64,000 nucleotides of DNA from an uncultured Gammaproteobacteria bacterium. Its GTDB lineage: Bacteria; Patescibacteriota; Patescibacteriia; Magasanikbacterales; GWA2-37-8. Made by a program: the position numbers and the translations under genes. Position 1 is the first letter of the stretch, and each line of letters begins with the position of its first letter. This document shows, piece after piece, positions 19,775 to 29,808 of this stretch. The stretch spans positions 13-64,012 of the forward strand of contig CAZHTA010000005.1 of the NCBI GenBank assembly GCA_964535515.1, in the 5' to 3' direction. Under the pieces are notes generated by a model. The model was not told the DNA's origin, searched no databases, and saw nothing but the letters and a program-made list of their open reading frames with translations.

Positions 19775-22700
19775 ATGCGTCTCACACGTCTTTTGCGAGC
19801 AGCCCTACTTGGAGTTGGGGTAGCACTTTTTGTGTTACTTTTAGCACCATCAGCAAAGGCTGCTTCAGTGACAGAATTAACTCTGGCACAAGTTCAGTCA
19901 GAAAGTTTGACAATTTTAACTTTTGAAGACAGCAAGATTGATCTGTTGTCAGGTTATTGGGATACAAAAGGAGTAAAGTTTTTTTCTAACAAGGGAAAAG
20001 CAATTTATGTTAGTAGTTATAACCGAGGCGGTGAGGCGACTGCATCAGGAGAGTATGCAATTGCTAATTATGCTGCTTATCCTAGTACCAGCGCTAATGA
20101 TCCGTTATTTATCGAATTTAAAAATCCAGCTAAATCAGTTGGTTTTTATTATGGTAATGGTAGTGGTTCTGAAACGGCGACAATCAGAGTGTATGGTAAA
20201 AACAATGTCTATCTTGGCTCTTTAACCAAAAGTAATGTCACTGATCCAGTAACCAATTTTGTTGGTTTAACTGCCAGTGAGTCAATTACGTATATTTCTT
20301 TAGATTACGGCAATACGTTACTAAGTGAGTCAATTGATAGTCTGGTTTTCTCAGCCGCTCCTTTGCAAGAGAAAACTTGTTCAGAAACTGATGGTGGCAA
20401 TAGTAAGTATTTAAAGGGTAAAAATACTATTTACAACACTGATGGCAGTATTTTCACTTCCTCAGAAGATTATTGTAAAGATTCACAGACGGTTACAGAA
20501 ATTACCTGTAATGGTGGTCAATGGGATATAACGTACGAGACTTGTGATGGTAAATGTCAGGATGGACAATGTGTAAAAGCTAATCCGACCTGCTCTGATA
20601 CTGATAATGGTTTGTTTTACAATGTGTTTGGTAAGACAACTGGCTCGGATGAGGTAACTAAAGTAAATAGCTCATATTCTGATTCTTGTGGTGGATATAT
20701 CGGTGAACAAGGAAAAGATAAAGGTGACTATCTTGCGGAAAAACATTGTAGTGGATCAACGGATGCCCCATATGTGCATACACAGTGGTATAAATGTCCA
20801 AACGGATGCCAGTCGGGTGTTTGTTTAGCAACTCCAGCTGTAACAGCACAAAAGACCTGTTCTGAGACTGACAATGGCAACAACAAGAACTTAAAGGGTA
20901 AAAATACTATTTACAACACCGACGGTAGTGTCCTTACTACTGCCGAAGATTATTGTAGAGACGGACGCACTGTTACAGAAATTACCTGTAATGGTGGTCA
21001 ATGGGATGTAACATACGAGACTTGTGCTGGCAATTGTCAGGAAGGGCAGTGTGTAGTTACTACTGAAGCAAGTAAGCCTGATCTTGGTATGTATGGATTC
21101 CTCACCATCGGTAAAGATCGTCGTGAAGTTAAATGGGGTGAAACCATTACTTTAACACCAGCAGATACAGTTTATGGTACAAAATCCGCCTGGTTTGATG
21201 TATCTTACACTCAAAAGAACTATGGTCTTGCTGCCGCTTATCGATATTACAATTATTTAACTTTTGACGGTAGTCTTTTGGCTTCCAAGTATACTGGTCA
21301 GCTATATATTGACAGTAAGTCTGAAATTAAAGGAAGAGTATTATTCCCATCAAAAGTTGGTGTACATACTTTAAAGATTAAGATTGATAACAATAACGTG
21401 GTTAATGAAGTAAGGGAAGATAATAATGATTTTGAAGTTACGGTTAAATTAGAAGGGTTTGATACACCAAATTACAATTTAAATGCTAAGCCGGTAATTT
21501 ATCAACCAGAATCTAATCAGACTTTAACCAACTATCCACGTCAGGCATTCTTGAGTTGGTCTAGTGTGAAGGATGCTAATAATTACAACATTGAAGTTGC
21601 TTGTGATGTCTGCAATTTCCCAGAATGGACATCAGTACAAAAGACTCAGTCGGCAACTAACTATTCTACTACTCCTCCTTTAGCGGGTGATAATCGTTTC
21701 CGCGCTCGTGTTCAGGGGGTTTACCCAGATGGTAGTACTGGCGCTTGGTCAGAATGGAGATATTTTAAATATGATACTTCCAAATATTCTGACAATGGAC
21801 CGCGTTGTAGTGATGTTAAGGGCGGCAATGTGACCTTCTTGGTTTGTGAAGATTTTGCTGTGGATCATTTTTGGAGTGGATCCAAGATTTACTTGAATAG
21901 TTTTGATAACAATGGTGCTAGTGTAACTTTAAAGAATCTTAGTGGTACTAGTGCTTATTTGGAAAAGGGTAAAATGTACACTTACAATGTCACTAACAAA
22001 CCAGGTAAATATGTTGAAGTAACATATCTTGGTACTGGATCTTGGGGTAGGGCAGTGGTTAAAGTTAATTCCAATACCACCTATGAAAACTCTAATGATT
22101 ACCTATCTCAATCCAAGTGTGTAAATAGTTGGGGTAGTGATGGGTTGTATAGTTTGTGTGTAGGAAAGACTTTGTACCATAACGATGGCTGGACGATTAC
22201 CAATGTACAACAAAACAGTCAATATGTTTGGTTGAAAGTAAAATGGGCAAATAAAACTACCAAACAAATCAAAGTTAAGCTTAACACTATTAAAGAGATA
22301 GACAAACCAGGCGTAGATGAGTCCGTTGAGTTCAGCTATGTTAAATACCAGTCTAAATCTAAAGCTTTAATTAAAGTTAGTACTAACTTTGCTGAATCAG
22401 ATATTGTAGTTGATGAAACCATCCCAAACGAAACGGGTGTTGTCAGTGGTAACATCTATGTTGATTTCGGAGTGGGAGTAAATGACTATCCTGATCACAA
22501 GGATAATAGTAAGACTAAAAATTTAACCTACGGCTACGTAAATATGTACACTGTGGCTGTGGAGGATGGTAAATTTAAAGTTAAAGGTGTAAATCGTAGT
22601 CAGGTTAGCAGTAGTAATAATAACGGAGCGATGTTTAGTGTTACTCCTGGCCAGATAGTTGATTTTGCTGGTTTTAAAACATTGAGTGGTGCAATTAATG

Positions 22701-22876
22701 CTGCTAATAACAAAATCGGCACATCATTTACTGCTCCACCGCCATACAAGAATTTTGGTAATAAGGTGGGTACTCTTTGTCAGACTAATTGGATGGATAT
22801 AAACAATGTGTTGAAAATAGCTTCTGACAATAGTGAATCATGCGCTACTAGCATAAGTACACCATATCAAGATTGA
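19775..22876 (+). CDS. Large secreted/surface protein with Cys-rich C-x-x-T-D-x-G repeats, CARDB-like and FN3-like domains
   Basis: Signal peptide ending AKA; CSETDGG/CSDTDNG/CSETDNG modules; IDNNNVVNEVREDNN; GAWSEWRYF. Confidence 0.75.
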   Translation: MRLTRLLRAALLGVGVALFVLLLAPSAKAASVTELTLAQVQSESLTILTFEDSKIDLLSGYWDTKGVKFFSNKGKAIYVSSYNRGGEATASGEYAIANYAAYPSTSANDPLFIEFKNPAKSVGFYYGNGSGSETATIRVYGKNNVYLGSLTKSNVTDPVTNFVGLTASESITYISLDYGNTLLSESIDSLVFSAAPLQEKTCSETDGGNSKYLKGKNTIYNTDGSIFTSSEDYCKDSQTVTEITCNGGQWDITYETCDGKCQDGQCVKANPTCSDTDNGLFYNVFGKTTGSDEVTKVNSSYSDSCGGYIGEQGKDKGDYLAEKHCSGSTDAPYVHTQWYKCPNGCQSGVCLATPAVTAQKTCSETDNGNNKNLKGKNTIYNTDGSVLTTAEDYCRDGRTVTEITCNGGQWDVTYETCAGNCQEGQCVVTTEASKPDLGMYGFLTIGKDRREVKWGETITLTPADTVYGTKSAWFDVSYTQKNYGLAAAYRYYNYLTFDGSLLASKYTGQLYIDSKSEIKGRVLFPSKVGVHTLKIKIDNNNVVNEVREDNNDFEVTVKLEGFDTPNYNLNAKPVIYQPESNQTLTNYPRQAFLSWSSVKDANNYNIEVACDVCNFPEWTSVQKTQSATNYSTTPPLAGDNRFRARVQGVYPDGSTGAWSEWRYFKYDTSKYSDNGPRCSDVKGGNVTFLVCEDFAVDHFWSGSKIYLNSFDNNGASVTLKNLSGTSAYLEKGKMYTYNVTNKPGKYVEVTYLGTGSWGRAVVKVNSNTTYENSNDYLSQSKCVNSWGSDGLYSLCVGKTLYHNDGWTITNVQQNSQYVWLKVKWANKTTKQIKVKLNTIKEIDKPGVDESVEFSYVKYQSKSKALIKVSTNFAESDIVVDETIPNETGVVSGNIYVDFGVGVNDYPDHKDNSKTKNLTYGYVNMYTVAVEDGKFKVKGVNRSQVSSSNNNGAMFSVTPGQIVDFAGFKTLSGAINAANNKIGTSFTAPPPYKNFGNKVGTLCQTNWMDINNVLKIASDNSESCATSISTPYQD
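20372..21055 (+). repeat. Intragenic ~204-bp direct repeat (20372-20575 and 20852-21055)
   Basis: Near-identical DNA and protein modules KTCSETD..KGKNTIYNTDGS..EDYC..TVTEITCNGGQWD..ETC..CQ.GQCV, 480 bp apart. Confidence 0.9.
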
Positions 22877-23018
22877 TAATTTTAACTACTAAAGTAGTTG
22901 CATAAAGCCTCGTTTAACAGCGGGGCTTTGTGATTAAATAGAGTATGTTTAGATATTGCCAGAGACTAAATGAGATGGTAAAATATATTTGTAAATTTGA
23001 AAAAAGTTTTAATTATAT

Positions 23019-23420
23019 ATGGAACCAGAAAAATTTAAGATTTGGTGGGATCAAGATTTAGGTGTTTGTCATGTTGTTTTGTTTGGAGCGCAAGACGAGG
23101 ATAGTGCTCTGTTGGCGGTAGAAAAGGAACAAGAGATGATGGATTTTTTTAGAGAGAACGAAATATCTGATGTTGGCGTTCTTTTTGATATTCGTGAAGC
23201 AGGTAAAGCAACCAAACAGGCTAAAGAAATATTTGCTACATATTTAAAAAAGATAGGAAAAGAATTTCCAGGAGTTCGTATTGCTTATGTAGGAGGGCCA
23301 AGAATTGCTGTTTTGGCCACTTTGTTTATTCACAAGATTGGTGGTATGCGCGGGGCGATTAAATTTTTTAATGATGATGTTCCGGCTTTAAAGTGGCTTA
23401 GTAAAACTCGCATTACGTAG
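23019..23420 (+). CDS. STAS/SEC14 (SpoIIAA-like) domain protein
   Basis: VLFDIRE..., RIAYVG, IKFFNDDVPALKWL pattern. Confidence 0.7.
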   Translation: MEPEKFKIWWDQDLGVCHVVLFGAQDEDSALLAVEKEQEMMDFFRENEISDVGVLFDIREAGKATKQAKEIFATYLKKIGKEFPGVRIAYVGGPRIAVLATLFIHKIGGMRGAIKFFNDDVPALKWLSKTRIT

Positions 23421-23427
23421 TTAGAGT

Positions 23428-23503
23428 AAACAAAAAAATTGTCCAATCTCCTTGATTTAATTCCAAATTATTTTAGAAGTAAATCATGGTGGACAATTTT
23501 TTG
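23428..23503 (-). terminator. Long bulged hairpin/terminator ending islet D
   Basis: AAAAAATTGTCCA...TGGACAATTTTTT; related to the element at 24067-24145. Confidence 0.65.
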
Positions 23504-23601
23504 TATTCCTCCTATCATCCCTCCCGTTTTCCCGGGAGGATCAGGTGTGTGTTCGGGTGTGGGGTGGATTGCGACAGAATCGTCGCTCTTGGGGGGGGTA
23601 G

Positions 23602-23970
23602 CTAAGGCTTGGCGGCGTTGACCTCGGCGTTGACCTCCTGCATCCACTGCCCGATGACGGTGAGGGTGACGCCGGTCGAGGTGAGCTTGTTGATCACCAC
23701 CGACATTCCGAAGAGCACGATCGTTTCGGGAGCGAAGCCCTCAGCGTCGCCGTTGGCCCGGGAGTGGTCGAGAACCTCCCGGTAGGTGCCCTTGAAGAGG
23801 TCCTCTTCCGACTGGGACGGCACCCGCAGGTTGCCCACCTCCGTGGGCAAGATGTTGCCGCACTTCGTGCACATGACGACGTATCCGTTTCCGGATTCGC
23901 CGCGCATGACCTTGTGCAGGTGGTTGCACACGCACTCTGGACACCACGCGCTACGCATGAAGAGATACAT
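23602..23970 (-). CDS. GC-rich orphan Zn-ribbon protein (islet D)
   Basis: CPEC...CTKC pair, G-rich SD, TTGACA at 24028-24033 (minus strand). Confidence 0.7.
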   Translation of the reverse strand: MYLFMRSAWCPECVCNHLHKVMRGESGNGYVVMCTKCGNILPTEVGNLRVPSQSEEDLFKGTYREVLDHSRANGDAEGFAPETIVLFGMSVVINKLTSTGVTLTVIGQWMQEVNAEVNAAKP

Positions 23971-24066
23971 GGTGGGGCATCCCCCGATTTGTTGGTCCGT
24001 AATTTTTTAATCACTATTACAGGAGATTGTCAATATTACAGGTAATTTTTAAATAAATAATTATTA

Positions 24067-24145
24067 AAACAAAAAACAGTCCATAAACCTCCTTGATTAA
24101 TTCTCAACTTTTATATTAAGAATTAATGTTGGGATGGACTGTTTG
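24067..24145 (-). terminator. Long bulged hairpin/terminator ending islet E
   Basis: AAACAGTCCAT...ATGGACTGTTT with a U-tract on the minus strand. Confidence 0.65.
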
Positions 24146-24202
24146 ATGTTCGCGCCGATCCGTGCCTGGGAGTCCGTGCTCCCAGGACTTATTCAATGCT
24201 GC

Positions 24203-24340
24203 CTATTCGGCAACAACTGGGGGTGGAAGATGGGCGATCTCGTCCATCATATCCAGGTAGATGTGAAGAAGCAGTGACTTCTCCGGCGGACGGGGGCTTT
24301 CGATGCCTCGAATCTTGTCCAAGAACTCCAACTTCGTCAT
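24203..24340 (-). CDS. 45-aa GC-rich small protein (islet E), absent from the ORF track
   Basis: MTKLEFLDKIRGIESPRPPEKSLLLHIYLDMMDEIAHLPPPVVAE*; promoter TTGTCA-N17-TACTAT at 24370-24398. Confidence 0.55.
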   Translation of the reverse strand: MTKLEFLDKIRGIESPRPPEKSLLLHIYLDMMDEIAHLPPPVVAE

Positions 24341-24527
24341 CCTTGTTTCCGACGCGGTTGTTTAATTAAATAGTACACCTTTAAGAGTCGATTGACAATA
24401 ATAAAGTTCGAACCCCTCCCGCCCTCAACCAAAATCACCCACACCGCTTGGAATTGGCAAACTTATTTCGGCTCTAATATCAGCAGAAAACAAAAGAACC
24501 TCGAACATGATTCGAGATTCCATCTTG

Positions 24528-24600
<73 letters not shown>

Positions 24601-24715
24601 AATGGACTTGGCAACTTTTTAATGATATACTATTTTTGTATAAATAGCAAGATTCGCTTGTGGAAAATTGCTAAATTGTTGATTAAAATATTATCATTTA
24701 TTAAATAATAAGTCA

Positions 24716-25294
24716 ATGTTTATGTTAAATAAAAAATATTTACAGGTTTTACGTGGTCAGGTGCTTGGTTATGCGGTTAAACGCCGGGAGGTGATAAAGA
24801 TAGCCGGAGACGCCCAACACCACGCTAAAAGGGCAATTTTTGGCTTCCAGAGGGACGATAAGAAGGCAGGGGAGGAATCCATGCGTTCAGCCAATGCCCT
24901 CTTGCTAGAGCTTAATAAAAAGTTCAAGGGTGATAAAGCACTTTTTGACGAGGGGTCATATTTAGCCGCTACGGAAGAGTATGTTGAAGCATATTTATTT
25001 CAACAATTTTGGTTAGGCAAAGAACTAGGGAAGATAACGGGTCTCATTGTTGATGCTGACACATACATTGGTGGTTTGTGTGATTTACCAGGTGAATTGT
25101 ATCGTTATGCCATTAAATCAGCTACTGCTAAGAATTTTGTTATGGTAGAAAAGTGCTATAAAGTATCCGAGGAGATTATTGGTGAATTAATGGATATGGA
25201 TTTGACTGGGTACAACCGCAACAAGTTTGATCAGGCAAAGGGTGCGTTGCATAAATTAGAACAAGTAGTATACGAAGTGAGTTTGCGTAAGTAA
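24716..25294 (+). CDS. Translin/TRAX-like protein
   Basis: RREVIK, AKRAIF, EEYVEA, YIGGLCDLPGELYR, RNKFD motifs typical of the translin family. Confidence 0.8.
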   Translation: MFMLNKKYLQVLRGQVLGYAVKRREVIKIAGDAQHHAKRAIFGFQRDDKKAGEESMRSANALLLELNKKFKGDKALFDEGSYLAATEEYVEAYLFQQFWLGKELGKITGLIVDADTYIGGLCDLPGELYRYAIKSATAKNFVMVEKCYKVSEEIIGELMDMDLTGYNRNKFDQAKGALHKLEQVVYEVSLRK

Positions 25295-25298
25295 AATT

Positions 25299-26606
25299 AT
25301 GTTGGTGAAGTATTTAAAAAAATTAAAACATTTTTTAATTGCCGTAACAGCATATTGGTATTACGGCCGTCCGGCACGTAAATTAATTGTTGTTGGTGTT
25401 ACTGGCACCAAAGGTAAGTCAACGACTTGTCGGTTAGTTGCTTCGGTTTTAGAAGCGGGTGGTTTTAAGGTTGGTTTGCTTTCAACGGTTGAGTTTCAAA
25501 TTGATGATAAAAGATTTCCTAATGACAAGAAGATGACGATGTTGGGTTTGGGTCAAATTCAAAAGATGTTACGAGAAATGGTTAAAGCCGGTTGTAAATA
25601 TGCGGTAGTAGAAACGTCTTCTGAGGGTATCATGCAATATCGTCATTATGGTTTGAATTATGACATTGCGGTATTTACCAATTTAGGCACAGAACATTCT
25701 GAACGTCATGGTGGTTTTGAAAATTTAAAACAAGATAAAGGAAAAATGTTTGCAGCTTTGAATGTTAAGCGTAAAAAAATTGGTGGTAAGATAGTACCTA
25801 AAGTGATTGTTGTTAATGTTGATGACCAACATTCTGATTACTATTTAAATTTTCTCGCGGATGAGAAGTGGGGCTTTGGTTTAGACGCTAGCAAAGAGAA
25901 GGGGTTAGGAGATCGAACGATTAGGGGTGAAATAGTTGGGAGTGAATCCGGTCGTTCACAGTTTTTAGTTGGTGGTGAAAAATACAGTCTAAATATTATC
26001 GGTGATTTTAATGTTTACAATGCGTTGGCGGCAGTAGCGGTTGGTAAGTCACAAGGGTTAAACCCAATTCAAATTGCCTCTGGACTAGAGAGTGTTAAGC
26101 AAGTTGAAGGGCGGGTGGAATTCGTTGATTGTGGTCAATCTTTTAAAGTGGTAGTTGATTATGCACATGAACCAATGAGTTTGGCAGCTTTGTTTAAAAC
26201 CTTAAAAAGTTTGGTTGCTAAAGATAATGGTAAGGTCATTGCGGTTATCGGTTCTGACGGTGGGGGGAGAGATGTGAGTAAACGTGGGAAAATGGGGAAA
26301 GTGACGGGAGAGATGGCGGATATTGTAGTAGTAACCGATGTAAATTGTTTTGATGAAGATCCAAAGGCGATTGCGGAGATGTTGGCGGCGGGGGCGCGCG
26401 AAGCAGGAAAAGTGGATGGCAAGGATTTGTTTATCGAAGTTGATCGCCGCAAAGGGATAGAACTCGCGATTAAGTTAGCTCATCCAGGGGATGCGGTGGC
26501 AATTACTGCTAAAGGCACTGAACCATGCTTAGTGGTAGCGGGCGGCAAAAGATTACCTTGGGATGATCGAGTAGTTGCTAAAGAAATATTACAATCATTT
26601 AAATAA
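25299..26606 (+). CDS. murE: UDP-MurNAc-tripeptide synthetase
   Basis: GVTGTKGKST, VETSSEG, FTNL..EH, DYAHEP, GGGRD..KR. Confidence 0.9.
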   Translation: MLVKYLKKLKHFLIAVTAYWYYGRPARKLIVVGVTGTKGKSTTCRLVASVLEAGGFKVGLLSTVEFQIDDKRFPNDKKMTMLGLGQIQKMLREMVKAGCKYAVVETSSEGIMQYRHYGLNYDIAVFTNLGTEHSERHGGFENLKQDKGKMFAALNVKRKKIGGKIVPKVIVVNVDDQHSDYYLNFLADEKWGFGLDASKEKGLGDRTIRGEIVGSESGRSQFLVGGEKYSLNIIGDFNVYNALAAVAVGKSQGLNPIQIASGLESVKQVEGRVEFVDCGQSFKVVVDYAHEPMSLAALFKTLKSLVAKDNGKVIAVIGSDGGGRDVSKRGKMGKVTGEMADIVVVTDVNCFDEDPKAIAEMLAAGAREAGKVDGKDLFIEVDRRKGIELAIKLAHPGDAVAITAKGTEPCLVVAGGKRLPWDDRVVAKEILQSFK

Positions 26607-26611
26607 TACAT

Positions 26612-27283
26612 ATGTCTTTAGAAAAAAAGATTCAACTACGTCCAAGTGAAGAGATCAATTTAGTTGTTCGTCGTTCAGGCGCGACTTTTGCTTGGCGATA
26701 TATTTTGGGCTTTGGTATTTTATTTGCCACTGCTTTTTACTTGTTTTGGTTTTTGTCTCAAGGGTGGTGGGGGACAGCAGTTGTTAGTTTGGGTTTTTTA
26801 GTGGGCGTGTATGTGATATTTCATGCTTGGTTTTTTTGGAAAAACAATATGTTGGTGGTAACCGACGAACGGGTGATTGATATTAATCGTTTAGGTTGGT
26901 TTGAGGAATTAATTTCAACTGCCGCTTACAATGATATTAAAGATATCTATCTTCATCGTAAAGGTTTTTTTGCCAGTATTTTTAATTACGCCACCGTGGT
27001 AATTGAAAGCAAAAGCCAGCGGGCGTTATTAGAATTGCCAGCTGTATCTGAGCCAGAGAAGGTTTTGGCTTTGGTGTTGGACAAAAATGATCAGTATGAA
27101 AGTCGTCGGGGTTTACTAAAAAAGCAGGCGGTCTATGAGCGATTTCTACAAATTGTTCCTGAACTTTCAGAAGCAGAGTTGTGTGAGGTGTTAGACTTGG
27201 TTGATTTGCGTTTGGCTAATATGGCTAGTGAAGTGACGGAAGTGCCGATTGAGGTTGATGAAGATGAGGAAGAAGTGGTATAA
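26612..27283 (+). CDS. Membrane protein with bacterial PH domain
   Basis: 2 TM segments, then VVTDERVID...IKDI...FNYATVVIES. Confidence 0.7.
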   Translation: MSLEKKIQLRPSEEINLVVRRSGATFAWRYILGFGILFATAFYLFWFLSQGWWGTAVVSLGFLVGVYVIFHAWFFWKNNMLVVTDERVIDINRLGWFEELISTAAYNDIKDIYLHRKGFFASIFNYATVVIESKSQRALLELPAVSEPEKVLALVLDKNDQYESRRGLLKKQAVYERFLQIVPELSEAELCEVLDLVDLRLANMASEVTEVPIEVDEDEEEVV

Positions 27284-27332
27284 TTACCACATATTCCTAA
27301 TTGGGGAAATTTTGGTATTTAAGTAATTTGTT

Positions 27333-27740
27333 ATGCCAACCGGAGGGAAAAATCATTGGCAAAAAATATTTGGATCACGCTGGTTTTTACTGGTACTTTT
27401 AGTGGTCGCAATTTTTGTGGCGGTTGCTTATTGTCGTGCTTATTATCGTGATTATCAAGTGCGGCAAGAGATCGCTCGTTTGCAAGACGAAGTTAAAAAA
27501 TTAGAGTCAAAGAAAATTGAGACGATGGAAATTTTGCAATATGTAAAATCTAGTAGTTTTATTGAAGAAAAAGCGCGAACTGAGCTTAATTTGATTAAAC
27601 CAGGCGAGAAGATGGCGATTGTTGCCTCAGGGACTAAAAGTGAGAGTGGTGAGTTAGGCAAAGCCAAGGATTACAGTTCGGATTTGCCTAATCCGACTAA
27701 GTGGTGGCGTTTCTTTTTTGGGGGCTTGCGCAGTAAGTGA
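27333..27740 (+). CDS. Septum formation initiator (FtsB/DivIC family)
   Basis: TM plus coiled coil plus IEEKARTELNLIKPGE. Confidence 0.85.
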   Translation: MPTGGKNHWQKIFGSRWFLLVLLVVAIFVAVAYCRAYYRDYQVRQEIARLQDEVKKLESKKIETMEILQYVKSSSFIEEKARTELNLIKPGEKMAIVASGTKSESGELGKAKDYSSDLPNPTKWWRFFFGGLRSK

Positions 27741-27787
27741 TAATTTTGTATAATTTAAAAACTTATTAATTAACTTTCATTTTTCCT

Positions 27788-28810
27788 ATGGAGAATCTAG
27801 TACCTAGCACTGATCAGGAGGTTGGTGTTAAACAAAACAAAGAACAGAAGAACATGAAAATGTTTTTGTACGGTTTGGGTGGTATAGTCCTAGTTGCAAT
27901 ATTGGCAGCAGCGGTGGTTGGGGTATATCGTGCCTATGCTAAAGGAGCAACTGATACTTACACTGTGACTGTTGCAAAGATATTACGTTTGCCAGTAATG
28001 AAGATTAATGGTGAAGTTGTACGCTATGGTGAGTTTGCTGATGATATGAAAGCGATTAAGATTATGCGTGAATACGAAAAGGCAAACAATGGTCAGAATG
28101 CTAATTTAACTGACGAACAGTTAACTGATCAAGTGTTGTGGCGTTTAGCTAATGGTGTCTTGGTTAAGCAAGGAACCTTAGAGTACAATTTAAAGATCGA
28201 AAAAGATGATATTGATCGTTTGAAAACTCAGTTGTTGCAGAATTTCAAAAGTACTGATGAGTTAGACAAAGAATTAATGCAGCGCTATGGTTGGGACTTG
28301 GCTACCTATGAAAAGAAAGTAATGAATACTTTTGTTTTGCAATCTAAGTTATCTGATGCCTTGGCAGCAGATGAAAAGTTAAAGGGTCAGGTTAAAGTTC
28401 AGGCACAGGCGGTATTAGACCAAATTAAAGCTGGAGCAGATTTTGCCGCAATGGCAAAACAGTATGGTCAGGATGGTACGAAAGATAACGGTGGTGATCT
28501 AGGATTTTTTGCCGCCGGAGAAATGGTGCCACAGTTTGAAATAGCAGCCTTTGCTTTAAAGCCAGGTGAGATGACCCAAGAATTAGTGGAAACCGATTAT
28601 GGTTATCATATTATTAAAGTAGTAGAGAAAAAGACTGAAAAAGTAAAAGATGAAGCTGGTAAGATGGTTAACAAGGAACAGGTACGTGCTAGTCATATCC
28701 TTTTCCGTTTTCCAGCAGTTGATACATACTTGGATGGTTTGGCAAGAAAGTCAGCAATTCATTTGTATGTGAGAGTGCACAACCCATTCACTGAGGTGTT
28801 GGGGAAATAA
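27788..28810 (+). CDS. PrsA/SurA-like parvulin peptidyl-prolyl isomerase
   Basis: N-terminal TM, GGDLGFF, MVPQFE, ETDYGYHIIKV. Confidence 0.9.
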   Translation: MENLVPSTDQEVGVKQNKEQKNMKMFLYGLGGIVLVAILAAAVVGVYRAYAKGATDTYTVTVAKILRLPVMKINGEVVRYGEFADDMKAIKIMREYEKANNGQNANLTDEQLTDQVLWRLANGVLVKQGTLEYNLKIEKDDIDRLKTQLLQNFKSTDELDKELMQRYGWDLATYEKKVMNTFVLQSKLSDALAADEKLKGQVKVQAQAVLDQIKAGADFAAMAKQYGQDGTKDNGGDLGFFAAGEMVPQFEIAAFALKPGEMTQELVETDYGYHIIKVVEKKTEKVKDEAGKMVNKEQVRASHILFRFPAVDTYLDGLARKSAIHLYVRVHNPFTEVLGK

Positions 28811-28846
28811 CAAGATTAAAAACGGGGGCTAAGCCCTCGTTTTGCT

Positions 28847-28917
28847 GCGGGATTAGTACATTGGTAGTATACGTCCTTCCCAAGGATGAGAGGCCAGTTC
28901 GATTCTGGTATCCCGCT
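28847..28917 (+). tRNA. tRNA-Gly(CCC)
   Basis: GCGGGAT acceptor, CGTCC-TTCCCAA-GGATG anticodon arm, TTCGATT T loop, U73. Confidence 0.93.
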
Positions 28918-29132
28918 CAATTTAGTAAACAAAAAAACTACTCCACTTGGGAATAGTTTTTTATTTTTTTTCGCAAAACCGTCTTCGTCAAAAGACAAAA
29001 ATCTTCTGACGGAGCGGGCGGTCTTGCGACAGCCTCAACTCCGTTGGGGGAGTTGTGACTTTGGAAAGAACAACCGGGTAGGAGGGGGGGGTGGACTGGG
29101 AGGCAACTCTATTTGACCGCTACGGCCTCGAT

Positions 29133-29483
29133 CTAGACGATCAGCGTGGTGCCGACGGAGCGGGGGTCGCGGATTTTCCGCACCCTACCTTCCTTGCTGG
29201 TGGCGACGAAGGTGTACGGGCTGGTCCAGGTCCAGACGACCTGGAAGAGGCTCCCTGTCGGCGCCTGTTGGGCGAAGCACATGATGCCGCTGTCCTTACC
29301 GTCGGTCCTGGGGACCAACAGGTCGCCGTCGCGAACGAGCCGGATGTAGGTCTTGAGCTGCGGTCCCGACTCCGGCGAGCTGGGCTTCCGGCTCGTGCGG
29401 AAGAAGGTCACGTCGGGCGGCAGCTTGAACAGGGCGCCCTTTTGGAACGGGAACGACGAGGTCGGGGTCGGTTGGTCGGACAT
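29133..29483 (-). CDS. GC-rich orphan protein (islet F)
   Basis: SD GGAGG (29490-29494); promoter TTGACA-N17-TAATAT (29541-29569, minus strand). Confidence 0.7.
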   Translation of the reverse strand: MSDQPTPTSSFPFQKGALFKLPPDVTFFRTSRKPSSPESGPQLKTYIRLVRDGDLLVPRTDGKDSGIMCFAQQAPTGSLFQVVWTWTSPYTFVATSKEGRVRKIRDPRSVGTTLIV

Positions 29484-29617
29484 GGTAATCCTCCAGAGAT
29501 GCTTGCTCTCACACCAACTGCGGTATGAGTGTTGGTGAGGATATTAATGCTTTTTTTACAATTTGTCAATATTTCCCATTGCGGTTAATGTATTTTTTTG
29601 ATAAAATATTAATGCTT

Positions 29618-29806
29618 ATGAAGACAAAAATAAATCAGAAGCAACAAGAAGAACTACAAAAACTAGAGAAGTGGTTTGATTTGGAGTTAATAAAATTAAA
29701 GAAAAAGCGAATCGAGATTTTAAAGCGTTATGATAAAAAAAGGTCATTGTTGTTTCAGAATAAAATATTAAAACATATTAGTGGTATAAAGACAGAAACA
29801 TATTAA
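29618..29806 (+). CDS. Small basic hypothetical protein
   Basis: Background codon usage; stop lies 2 nt before the start of the giant ORF. Confidence 0.55.
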   Translation: MKTKINQKQQEELQKLEKWFDLELIKLKKKRIEILKRYDKKRSLLFQNKILKHISGIKTETY

Positions 29807-29808
29807 AT

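Noticed and set aside
23428-24145. Canonical integron attC array
   Set aside because: No RYYYAAC/GTTRRRY boxes, no intI in the window, and the units carry their own promoters.
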